Source: Octopus vulgaris
Taxonomy: Eukaryota
Assembly: GCA_951406725.2 (NCBI GenBank)
Contig: OX597823.1
Span: 33,046,001 to 33,110,000, forward strand
DNA length: 64,000 bases
Direction of reading: 5' to 3'
Below the pieces are notes generated by a model that searched no databases, had not been told where the DNA came from, and saw only the letters and a list, made by a program, of their open reading frames with translations. Of the stretch, positions 23,237 to 35,257 are shown one piece after another (the first letter of the stretch is position 1; every line of letters starts with the position of its first letter). The translations under genes were made by a program, and so were the position numbers.

Positions 23237-25959
23237 TATATCATCATCATCATCATCATCATCATTTAGCGTCCGTTTTCCATGCTAGCATGGGTTGGAC
23301 GGTTCAACTGGGGTCTGGGGAGCCCGAAGGCTGCACCAGGCCAGTCAGATCTGGCAGTGTTTCTACAGCTGGATGCCCTTCCTAACGCCAACCACTCCGA
23401 GAGTGTAGTGGGTGATTTTATGTGCCACCGACACAGGTGCCAGACGAGGCTGGCGAACGGCCACGCTCGGATGGTGTTTTTATGTGCCACCGACACAGGT
23501 GCCAGACGAGGCTGGCAGACGGCCACGCTCGGATGGTGTTTTTATGTGCCACCGACACAGGTGCCAGATGAGGCTGGCGGACGGCCACGATCGGATGGTG
23601 TTTGTTACGTCCCCAAAGCACGGAGGCCAGTCTATGCGGTACTGGCTACGGCCACGTTCGGATGATTTTCTTGTGTGCCACCGGCACTGGTACCACAAGA
23701 TACAAATTCCATTGATGTTCATCTATTTTGATTTGTTTTGATTTGATTTGATTTGATTTTCACTTGCCTCAACAGGTCTTCACAAGTGTCACAAGAAGGA
23801 AGGTATGCACAGGTGGACTGACTACGTCCCAGGTAGGGGCCACGGGTTATGGCCTGACTAGTCTTGCCGGGTCTTCGGATGGTGTTTTTATGTGCCACCG
23901 ACACAGGTGCCAGATGAGGCTGGCGAACGGCCACGATCGGATGGTGTTTGTTGCGTGCCCACAGCACGGAGGCCAGTCGATGCGGTACTGGCTACTGCCA
24001 CGTTCGGATGGTTTTCTTGTGTGCCACCGGCACTGGTACCACAAGATACAAATTCCATTGATGTTCATCTATTTTGATTTGATTTGATTTGATTTTCACT
24101 TGCCTCAACAGCACTTGCCTCAACAGGTCTTCACAAGTGTCACAAGAAGGAAGGAAGGTATGCACAGGTGGACTGACTACGTCCCAAGTAGGGGCCATGG
24201 GTTATGGCCTGACTAGTCTTGCCGGGTCTTCGGTTGGTGTTTTTATGTGCCACCGACACAGATGCTAGATGAGGCTGGCGGACGGCCACGATCGGATGGT
24301 GTTTGTTATGTGCCTACATCACAGAGGCCAGTCGATGCGGTACTGGCTACGGCCACGTTCGGATGGTTTTCTTGTGTGCCACCGGTACTGGTACCACAAA
24401 GATACAAATTCCATTGATGTTCATCTATTTTGATTTGGTTTGATTTGATTTGATTTGATTTTGATTTTCACTTGCCTCAACAGGTCTTCACAAGTGTCAT
24501 AAGTAGGAAGGTATGCACAGGTGGACTGACTACGTCGCCGGGTCTTCGGATGGTGTTTTTATGTGCCACCGACACAGGTGCCAGATGAGGCTGGCGAACG
24601 GCCACGATCGGATGGTTTTCTTGTGTGCCACCGGTACTGGAACCACAAAGATACAAATTCCATTGATGTTCATCTATTTTGATTTGGTTTGATTTGATTT
24701 TTGATTTTCACTTGCCTCAACAGGTCTTCATAAGTGTCACAAGAAGGAAGGTATGCACAGGAGGACTGACTACGTCCCAGGTATATATATATATATATAA
24801 TGTGTGCATTATGTGGTTGGTTGAGCTGAAAATATGCACACCTATGTTAAAAGTGCTGGCAAGTTTGCATGACAACTATTTTTTTCCTCAAATGAAAGGC
24901 GTGACCTCTAGGACAAAATTCCTCATCTTATCAAATGTGGCCTCAGTAGACCCAAATGAAATCGGGTTATATTAACCAAAATGTGAAAAGGGGTCTAAAT
25001 GGGGCTGGAAGGGGGAATTCTCTGTTACATCAAGCTAAAAAATTTGCGCCAGCCTTTTAATCATCAATGTGTTGCCGTCCATGATGAAGAAGTTTTGAAT
25101 GCTTGCCATGGTGACTCTACTGCCGTGAGAAAGAATCACTTCAAAACTTGGTGTTTAGGAATTTTCTTTTACATCAAGTTCAAAATTTTATGCCAGCCGT
25201 TAAACTATCAATACGTTGCTGTCCGTTGTTAAGAAATGCCAGCCATGGTGACTCTACTATCCTCAGATTCTATCCCTTCAAACTTTGGTTTCCAATATTT
25301 TATTATTTTTATTCAGCCCGCAAGTTCGTCTGTCCCTTTTAAATGTTAGTGTTTTGCTGTCTGCCTTGAAGCAGACCTTTCCGTTGTCACTGCCTGATAT
25401 TTATGATTGATCTTTCAAAATATTTTATTTCTCAACTTACTCAAGATCTTTTGTTGTTTATAAATGGGAGAGAGATAGATAAAGATAGAGAGTAAGAGAA
25501 AGCAATGGAGAGTCCGAGAGAAAAGAAAAGTAAGAGAGTGGGAAAGTGAGAGAGAAAGGAGAGAGAAACAAAGAGGGAGAATCATCATCATCATCATCGT
25601 TTAACGTCCGTTTTCCGTGCTAGCATGGGTTGGACAGTTTGACCGAGGTCTGGGAAGCCAGGAGGCTGCACCAGGCTCCAGTCTAATCTGGCAGTGTTTC
25701 TACAGGTGAATGCCCTTCTTAACGCCAACCACTCTGTGAGTGTAGTGGGTGCTTTTTTCGTGCCGCCGGCACAGGTGCCAGGGGAGCTGGCAGCGGCCAC
25801 GATCGGTTGGTGCTTTTTACGTGCCACTGGCACAGAAGCCAGTCAAGGCGCCGCTGCAATCGGCCACGTTCGGATGATGCTTTTTACGTGCTGAAAGGAA
25901 GCAACAGAAAGTAACAACCACACTCTTACCCGCACGTAGAGTGGGTCACCTTAAGCTAG
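22320..25959 (+). mobile_element. Probable non-autonomous Helitron carrying nested RTE-derived inserts
   Basis: 5' (TA)n...AAATGCGAAAAGTTTGTTTGTTTG; 3' hairpin ACCCGC..GTGGGT then CTAG|T at 25956-25960; internal ~140-bp duplication at 25015-25265. That the two ends belong to one element is inference. Confidence 0.55.
23241..24780 (-). repeat. RTE 3' UTR-derived nested tandem array (~62-bp and ~350-bp units)
   Basis: Repeated TTTTATGTGCCACCGACACAGGTGCCAGA; four copies of AAGATACAAATTCCATTGATGTTCATCTATTTTGATTTG. Confidence 0.9.
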
Positions 25960-26071
25960 TATATATATATAATCATGTCAAAGGGAAATGGAATTTAATT
26001 AAAATTAAAACATTCAATCAAAATTTACATTTCCAGTGGTCTAACATGCAAAAAAAATTAGTCAAGAAGAC

Positions 26072-26345
26072 TATATATTAGTCATATGATATAGTGTATA
26101 TTTAAACACATAAGGAATCCACTTATAAGGAATTCAACACACTAGAGAGAACAGCTAGGTTCTGTAAACCACAAAAATAACGGATAATGGTAAATGTTTT
26201 TCATTTCCAAATTTATTCCTGTCGAATTTTATCTGTTATTTTTGTGGTTTACAGAACCTAGCTGTTCTCTCTAGCGTGTTGAATTCCCTATAAGTGAATT
26301 CCTTATGTGTTTAAATATACACTATATCGTATGACTTATATATAT
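26072..26345. repeat. Fold-back palindrome, ~115-bp arms
   Basis: 26072-26187 is the near reverse complement of 26229-26345. Confidence 0.9.
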
Positions 26346-26489
26346 ATCTGTATATATTTATAAACATAAGAGTTAAGGAATGGAATAGATTAGATCCAGG
26401 CTACATGTTTCATAGCGAGTGGAACCGCAGAGGTGGTAAATATCCAAGTCAAGGATATCTTCTTCCTACATCTTGATCCTTAGATCTTA

Positions 26490-26840
26490 TCATCATCATC
26501 ATTGCTTAACATCTGTTTTCCATGCTGGCATGGGTTGGACAATTTGACTGAGGTCTGGAAAGCTAGTGGCTGCACCAGTCTCCAATCTGATCTGGCAATG
26601 TTTCTATAGCTGGATGCCATTCCTAATGCCAACCACTCTGAGAGTGTAGTGAGTGCTTTTTACATGCCACTAGCACAGGAGCCAGTCAGATGGGCCTGGC
26701 ATCAATCACGTTTGGATAGTGCTTTTTACATGCCACCAGAAGGGGAGCCAGTCAGGCATACCTGGCATCAACCACATTCAGATAGTGATTTTTACGTGCC
26801 ACCGGCATGGGAGCCAGTTAGGGGGCACTGGCATTGGTCA
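26490..26840 (-). mobile_element. RTE LINE 3' UTR fragment
   Basis: (CAT)n followed by TTTCCATGCTGGCATGGGTTGGAC... family sequence. Confidence 0.8.
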
Positions 26841-27384
26841 TGTTCATATACATATATATACACACACATATATGTATATACATACATACATACATTATAT
26901 ATATACATGCATGTACACAACACATCCTTCCACTCTCTTGCAAACTTGTTTTCTTACCCCCTCACCCTGTCCAATCCTCTGTACCATTTTTTTTATATTC
27001 ACTTTCCTGTAACTCAAAGGTTATGCCATGACACATCTTCACCACCACCTCCTCTCATTTTTCCAACAGGAGTAGCCATGTTTCTCCCTCACAACAAGAC
27101 ACCTGTACCTGTCTCTCTATCATATTTTAATCTCTCATCACCAAGCATAAAACCACATCCCTTGATACCACCCCTCTGTGAAGTGGTTGGCATCAGAAAA
27201 AGTATCCAGCCAGAGAAACCACGCCAAAGCAGACATTGGAGCTTGGTATAGTCTTCTGGCTTATAAACTCCTGTCAAACTGTCCAACTCATGCCAGCATG
27301 GAAGACAGATATTAAATGATGATGATGTTATACATATGTGTATGTATGCATGTGTGTGTGTGTATATATATGTGTGTGTGTGTG

Positions 27385-27449
<65 letters not shown>

Positions 27450-29139
27450 ATCTGTGTATATGTATATATATTTATTTATGCATGTGTTTATGAATGTGTG
27501 TGTGTATGTGAGTTTATGCCCCCATGTCTTGACATCCTGTGATATTTGGAAACAAGTGAAGGTTGGCGATAAGAAGGACATCTGGCTGCAGGAAGTCAGC
27601 CTCACCAAATGCTATCTGACCATTCAAGCAAGAAAAAGAGTACATTAAAATGACGACGATGATGATGATGGTGGTGGTGATGATGACTAAGATATTGTTT
27701 TTTTTCAATCAGGATGCATCAGATGGTGCAGTGCAGCGGTGCACTTGTAACACGTTGCATCACATCATGCTGTGTGTTAATCTGGATCTTATAACACAAA
27801 TAAAACCATGCTATGCAAAGTTTGTCACAGATGATACACATCCTCAGGCTCACAGGCAACTGCAGTTGGTGCTGCTGTTGAAATGGTTTGCACGAGACAT
27901 ATTCATGGCATATTGCCAATCTTCAACAAAACTTCAAGAATCTTGGCAAGCATTTTTGCTACATCATGTTCTGCAGAGTACTTATTCAGTTGCTGCATAC
28001 AAATGAAGACATATCTGTGCAGTACAATGGTTCAAATGTGACTAAACAGTAAAGGAATATTAAATTTTTGTGCAGCAGAAAAAGGTGTTGGCAAAAATCA
28101 CTAACTTGATATATATATAAGCTTGATATATATATATATATGCTGCAAAGAAGGGCAAAAAATACAATTTCTTTCTCATTGGGTGTATTGAGTAATTTGT
28201 GAAAACTTTGTATCATTAATTGATAAAAATACATTTTATTAGAAATTGGTAACTGTAATTCTGAGTAAAATTTTGAGCAAATCAACTCCTCTACCCTATT
28301 TAAATAAAACATTCCAACTCTGCTGTCCTGTACCACTTCTGCCAGTCTGCACCTATGCTCTCTGACCTTCCTTCCAACTCATATGTATCATTGATCACCC
28401 TTCCATTATTCACTACAGCCATCTTTCAACACTCTCCAATCTCTACAGTCATCACCTACTCTCCCCAAAGTTTTATTCCAACTCATATTTAGAATTGACC
28501 ACCCCTCTCCTCTTCTTCATCATTCATTATATTTACCTATTCTCACTCCTACTTCCTCACTAAACATACTTCACTCTCCCCAAACACTCTCATGACTTCT
28601 ATCCAGCACCCTATCTGTTCTTCTAAACCCGTCACCCTGTCACTACCATCTTTATCTCTCTTCACAACTCCACCCTAAATATACCCACATATGCTCATAT
28701 ACTGCAGGGTAGTCATGTATCTCCTCTAAACCTGTTCTGACCTCTTCTTTCATACTTGACCTCTCATCATCTACCATGATATTTTGTCTGTCAACAAAAG
28801 ATCTCATTTATCAGCAGCTTCATCAATCTGGACATATAAAAACCATTGGAATAAAGAATACTTTATTTGAAGAACAATTAAAGGTTGGTATCAGGAAATG
28901 CATCCAGCTGTAGAATCTCAAAATACTTAACTAACCTATGCCAGTACAAAAATAACAAATGTGAAAATTAAATGTAGTCTCATCTGATATAGAGACAGAT
29001 TACTAACATTCTTAAGTGGAACATTTGAAAAGTGTGCGTGTGTATGTGTGTGTGTGTGTGTGTGCATGTGCACATGTGGGTGTTTGTGCATGTGTGTGTT
29101 TATGTCTTAAGTCAGAAATGCGGTGAATTGTCTATCAAA

Positions 29140-29800
29140 TCTGGTGAACCTTCTTTTAGACAATGCACTGAGCCATCCAGTGAACTTAGATGACCTTTCT
29201 GATAATGTGAGAGTAGAATATGTTTCCAAGACTACAACTTCTTTGCTCCAACCAATGGATCAAGATGTGATAGCTAACTTCAAGGCATATTTTATGAGAA
29301 CTTTCCAATAAATTATGAAAGAAACTGACAAGTAAGATAAACCTACAGTCAGAGATTTCTGGAAGAAATTCAACATAATGGATGCTGTGGATAATATAGC
29401 TGAGTCATGGAATGGAGTGAAACCTTCCACTTTGAATAAGGTTTGGAAAAGTATATGGCCAGACTATATTCGTGACATCACAAGTTTTCGTCAAGCAGAA
29501 AGTCTACACCAGATTTGGAAATATATTGTGACACTTGAAAAGGATGTAGAATTTGAGGAAGTTGTAGAGGATGATGTGATTGAGTTGCTAGTGTCCCAGA
29601 GAGAAAGTTTATTGAATGAGGAGTTGATGCTGTGATAAAAAAACAAACTGAGAATACAGATGAGACAATGGAAGTCCCACCTACACCACTTAAATTGACT
29701 GCAAAAATTATTGTTAGAGGGTTGGCACTTAAAGAGGAAGGTCAGTAGGTTTTTGTTGATAATTATCCTAATTGTGAACGAAACATAAAAATACAAGTGT
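29140..29800 (+). mobile_element. Tigger/pogo (CENP-B-like DDE) transposase remnant
   Basis: LLLDNALSHP...TTSLLQPMDQDVIANFKAYF...FWKKFNIMDAVDNIAESWNGVKPSTLNKVWKSIWP. Confidence 0.85.
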
Positions 29801-29899
29801 AAATATGCATGCATTTTATGTGGCACTGGCACCTGTAAAAGAGATGTTTGTGAATATGGATGACTGCTTGACATGTATTCTCATGTGCAGCAAATCACA

Positions 29900-30665
29900 A
29901 CTCTTAGCTCCTTGTCAGTTCCTCAGTGAGGCCCAACGTTGGAAGATCCTTTCTCATGACTTCGTCCCACATCTTCCTGGGTCTACCCCTTCGAAAGGTT
30001 CCCTCCACAATTATAGATTGGCACTGTCTTAATCCATACACATCACATGGATTAAGCTGTCTTAATTCATACACATCACATGAACAAACCAGAACAGTTT
30101 TCTTTCTTGTACACATCTGCTGCCTCTTACACCCAGTTTTTCTGGCACACTGCCATTACCCATCCAGCAGAGCATGCTAGCTTCATTTCTTTCAAACCTC
30201 TTCAAGTCCTCTGTGGTTATAGCCCATGTTTCACTACAATGTAGCATAGCTGTATGTACACAGGCATCATAAAATCTGCCTTTTACTGTAAGGGAGAGGC
30301 CCTTAGTTATCAACAAAGGTAGAAGCTCTCTGAACTTTGCCCAGCCCATTCTTATTCTAGCAAGTATGCTTTCAGAACTTCCTCCTCCACTGCTAACTTG
30401 GTCTCCTAGGTAACAAGCTATCTACTACTTCTAAGGATCTCCCCAAGGATTTGAGGAAGTCTATTGTCTGTGCATTTTCAGTGCTTATTGTACCCAGACA
30501 TTTGTGATACACAAAGACTATTTTCCCTGCTAACCTTCCTGTGATACTACTACACCTCTTATGTGTCCAAAGCTTGCACTGGATACAACATATGGAGTTT
30601 CTACCAGTACCCTTCTTACATACTGAGCTGGGCCATCTCTCTGAAGCAACTTGTGATTTCCCTGT
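29900..30665 (-). mobile_element. RTE LINE fragment (C-terminal RT)
   Basis: RWPSSVCKKG...HKRCS, GWAKFRELLPLL, GRPRKMWDEV. Confidence 0.85.
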
Positions 30666-30679
30666 GTGCATGTATATAT

Positions 30680-31975
30680 TACTGGACGAGGTCATGAAAG
30701 TCACTGAAAGAGTCATAGGCCCGATAATTAGAAGGAGAGTTAACCTAGATATGATGCAGTTTGGTTTCATGCCATGGAGAAGCACTTCTGATGCTCTCTT
30801 TATAGTTTGGCAATTACAGAAGTATTTAGCAAAAAGTAAACCACTGTACTTGGCATTTGTTGACCTGGAGAAAGCTTTTGACAGAGTGCCTCAATCCATC
30901 ATCTGGTTATCATTGTGAAAGCTAAGAATAAATGAATGGCCATGTACAGGAATGCTATTAGCAGAGTGAGAATTAAGAAAGAGTACAGCAGTGAATTTAG
31001 TGTGCAGGTAGGAGTTCATCAGAGTTAGGTTATCAGGCCCCTATTATTTATTATAATCCTCCAGGCCATAATGGAGGAATCTAAGACCAGTTGCCCATGA
31101 GAACTCTATGCTGATGACCTTGTTATTATAGGTGAAAGTGTAGAAGGATTAGAATTAAAATTCCAAGTATAGAAACAAAATCTGGAATCAAAGGGCCTTA
31201 AGGTTAACATAGCAAAGATTAAAGTTCTAATTAGCAGGAAAACAAACAGAACACTAAGCCCTTTGGGTAAATGGCCCTGTTTCATATGTAGACAAGGTTT
31301 AGGTAAACTTTGGACACAAGAGCTGCAGTGGAATCAAAGGAAGGTTAGCAGAGAAATTAGAATTTGTCAGTGGAAGATGAGCAGGAGCACATGAGAAATA
31401 GATGTTCTGCATTACCCAGGAGGTTTCCAAGAAACAGGAGATAGATCTGCTTTTAGGTGACCTAATTAGCAGTGGAGAAGGATGTTCTGAAAGTATAGTT
31501 GCTCGAATATAAATTGGCTGGAGAAGTTCAGAAATTTTTGACCTCTGTTGTTAACAAAAACCCTCTCAGAATGAAAAGTAGATTGCATGATGCCTGTGTA
31601 CAAACAGCAATGATATATGGCTGTGAAACTTGGGTTGTGACTGCAGAGTACATGTGAAGGCTTAAGAAATGAAACAAGTATGCTCTGCTGGATGTGCAAT
31701 GTCAGTGTACATGTATGACAAAGTACAAATGTGTTGAGAGGAAAATTGGGTATAAGAGGCATCAGAGACCTGCTGGAGAGAAGATTGCACTGGTATGGTC
31801 ATGTGATGCAGATGGATAAGGACAGCTGTATAAAAAAGTTGTAATTGCTAAATGTGGAAAAGGTAGACCTAGGAAGATATGGGATGAAGTGGTGAAGCTT
31901 CATTGTGGAGATGACGGGAGACCAAGATGAATGGCATTGCACTGTGCATGAGAAGATCCATCCATCTCAGCAGAA
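30680..31975 (+). mobile_element. RTE LINE fragment (RT to C-terminus), decayed
   Basis: LLDEVMKVTERV...QFGFMP...AFVDLEKAFDRVP, LYADDL, WYGHVMQM, GRPRKIWDEV. Confidence 0.88.
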
Positions 31976-33629
31976 TTGAGGTTGTCATGCCTTCCCCACT
32001 GACTTCTATTTTTTTTGCTTCCTGCTACACTGAACTGACATCCTCTCTGTCCAACTCATTCCCTATCTCTAATCATCTTCCACACTATTTTTTCACTCAG
32101 TTCACTTCCTACTCTGTCTATTTTCTCTCACTTCCTCATGCCTCTATTTTCTCTTACTTTCCAGGTGAGCAAGACACCTGCTCCTCTCCCTCCATCACAG
32201 TCTCTTTCTCCAGTCTATACAACACTCAGTTGAAGGATCTTATCCTACAGGTACTTGGTGACCTCACCAGTGCTGGTGTCATGTAAAATGGACCCAGTAA
32301 ACTCTATTAAGTGGCTGGCATTCGGGAGGGAATCAAGCAGTAGAAGCCATTCCAAAGCAGACATAGAACCTGGTGGAGACCTCTGGCTTGTCTGTTCTTG
32401 TCAAACTATTCAGTCCATGCTTAAATGGAAACAGACACACACACAATTATCATTATCATTAACATCCAATTTTCCATGCTTGCATGGGTCAGATGGAATT
32501 TGATGAGGCAGATTTTCTATGGCCAGTGCCATTCCTGTCACCAACCTTCACCTGTTTCCAGGCAAGGTAATATTTGCCCTTGGTTGGACATGTTTTTCAC
32601 AGAAAACTTGAAATGAACAACCTTGCTTGTATGATTATGAAGCTCATTTACAGCCAACCTTGTCTTGACAAGGTTACACACACACAGAGGGCTTGAGAGA
32701 GGTACTTAGTCTTGCTGATGGCTAGGCAAACTCTGTAGTGGTGTTGTGAAGAAATACACCCAATGCACTCTATGAAGTGGTGGGTGTTATGAAGGGCATC
32801 CAGTTGTAGAATTCATCTCAAAAATGAAATATTGGACAAAGATTAGTCTTCCAGTTTGTTGAATCCTGTCAAACTATCCATCCATGCCAGAACAAAAAAT
32901 GGATTTAAAATGACGATGACAATGATGATGGTGGTAGTGCTTCATGTTTGTATTCCAGTTATAGTACCTGTACACTTTGTCCCTACATGCTGTATGTCAT
33001 AAAAAGTGAGTAAGGGCTTAGTGACAGGCAAAGCATCTGCCTGAAAAAAACACCTGTTCAATTCATGCTAGCATAAATAAATGGACATAAAATTTATCTT
33101 CCACTACCTCCATCACTCTCTGTTCTATGTATGTTTTTAGTCATGTTTACTTGAGGGGTACAAACACATCATAAGTCAACCTCACTTGTGTTGATGCCAT
33201 AAAATGCACCCAAAATACTGTAAAGTCGTTAGTGAAGGAATGGAGACAATGCAGGGTGAAGCAGACTATTCAATTCTTCGGGTTATAACAGATTACTGGA
33301 AATATGCAGACTTTATCTTAAAAGCAAAGAAAAGGATATCAAAGAATTCCATCCACCTAAGGGCCTACCTGAAACTTAAAAGTGCAATGTTGTTTCTTTG
33401 TCTTCATGACCAGAAATATATTTTAGTCAATTGGTTGGTTCCATAGTAGCAGTAAGGATTGGGTTTTACTTCATTAAAAGACCCCTCACTATGAAAAGGA
33501 AGTTATAGCCCAAGATACAATCTTACATTCAGCACAGTCTGATGATTGTAAATTTATTTTTCCAGGCTTTTTTTTCCTGTAGATTCAGCTGAGAGCTGTG
33601 GCCATGCTGGAGCACTGCCGTTTTGCTAC

Positions 33630-34005
33630 ACTGATATTACTGAGAGCCTCCTCTAATATGTGCCACTTGGTGAAGAATGGAGTTTGATGTAGCTACCTTT
33701 ATTTGCACTTCTTGCTGTGAGGTAGATTCATATGGGACTCTCAATAGGAAGAGGTCCAGCCTTGATATAGAAACGCCCACATCTACTTTATGCAGGTTCC
33801 TCAGGCTCTTTGGGAGAATATTAAAAAGCTGTGGCTTTGCTGGGATCTTTGGCTCTGTGCAGTGTCGACCCGTTCTGGCATTGGTGTAGCTTTCAATGCC
33901 ATAATTTGGCACAATTCCTTCCAGGATCTTCCAGATGTATATTACTGCATACCTCTCCTGCTTTTGCTCCAGGAAGTAGAGGCTTGAAAGAATCTTTAGC
34001 ATGTA
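33630..34005 (-). mobile_element. CR1/L2-group LINE C-terminal remnant
   Basis: LYFLEQKQERYAVIYIWKILEGIVPN...PQLFNILPKSLRNL...LDLFL resembles the CR1-type RT tail. Confidence 0.6.
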
Positions 34006-34859
34006 ACCATTCAGTAATGTGAATTGGCTGTTATAAGACTAAATTTTTAATACTGTATGAATAACACACACACACACATTGCATATCTATGATGTGGTCT
34101 GACCTGGGGCTAAACAACAGAAACATTTTATTGTTTGAGAATGATTACATCCAGATGAAAAGACTTCTTCATTCACCTATATAAATTGATTTTTTTCTAA
34201 AGCGCATCATATTTATATGGGAATTTACATTTGTTATTGTGAGCCTTAAAGAGAATTAGTATCAGAAGTGAGCAATGACTTACTATCTTTGGAACAGAAA
34301 TTAATTCCAAGATTTAAATACCAAATTTTAAATCAGCACTTTTTTACAGCTGATTATTTGATCATACCTTGGACACTGATCAAATGGACAGGCATGCCGT
34401 AGAAGTAGTCTTGTTTGATAAAGCAGTCATGTCACTTGGTGTAGATCTGACCACGGCTGCTGCAGGAATAACCTAGGCTCAGTGAACAGTATAAAGTTAC
34501 TGGATAGTGCAGATATTTGATTTTTACTTAGCTCATGGATTCAAAAGATACATTTATTCCATTTGCCATAATTTCTCTACAAAATTACCGGCTGGCGTTT
34601 GTAGAGAAGAGGAAACTCAAGTGCAAAACAAATGCCAAAGAAAGTGGTAGAATTTGTTTTCAAAGACAATATTAACTTGATGGAGAAGGACGTCTGCCGT
34701 TTTATTCAATTGACGATAAGTTTGTTGGGAGTTTAAATTTGAAATACATAAGTTTTCGAATTACCAATTTTAGGTGATTTTCATATGAATTTTAGATAAT
34801 AATAATCACTGAAATAGGATTTACTTTAAATATTCGAAATTGTTATTGTAAACCAATAA

Positions 34860-35227
34860 AATAATTGCTAATTGCCGTCTAAATAACGGGAGGGAAATTC
34901 ACGGTACACAGAAATCAAGATTTCGAATCCCAGTTGAAACCCGTCCCACTGTAACTTTTTTTTTGAAATGCATAAATGCCGCTATTATTTTCTCATCTTA
35001 TAAATAAGGTCCTGTGAATATCGGAGGAAAATTTTAATAACTATTTAAAATAACATTTAATATAAAACTTCCATTTAATACACAGACACACACACACTGG
35101 CTGCGGGTTGATATGTGATATTAAATTGAGATATTCGGATATTTCCGTTAAAAGACGCCACAATTGCCTCGTTCTCGTGCAACGCCGGCTACCACGTGAC
35201 AGTGAAGAGATTATCTTTACAACTATC
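34860..35227 (+). promoter_or_regulatory. Probable eIF4E promoter / 5' UTR (CpG-retaining, repeat-free)
   Basis: Visibly higher CpG density (e.g. AAGACGCCAC, CTCGTGCAACGCCGGC, CCACGTG) immediately upstream of the start ATG, compared with the CpG-depleted surroundings. Confidence 0.55.
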
Positions 35228-35257
35228 ATGGCTTCCGAGCAAGTTGAAGAGCGAGAG
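35228..35257 (+). CDS. eIF4E: eIF4E coding exon 1 (MASEQVEERE)
   Basis: ATG in ATCATGG context within a CpG-rich zone; donor GAG|GTAATG, phase 0, which matches exon 2. Short, so less certain than the other exons. Confidence 0.8.

Noticed and set aside
23400-24780. Regularly spaced repeats resembling a CRISPR array
   Set aside because: The intervening sequences are themselves repeated rather than unique spacers; the context is eukaryotic, there are no cas genes, and the units derive from the RTE 3' UTR.
26649-27251. 200-aa ORF, the longest in the track
   Set aside because: It is a fortuitous frame across an antisense RTE 3' UTR, microsatellite and pyrimidine-rich repeat; no domain is recognisable.
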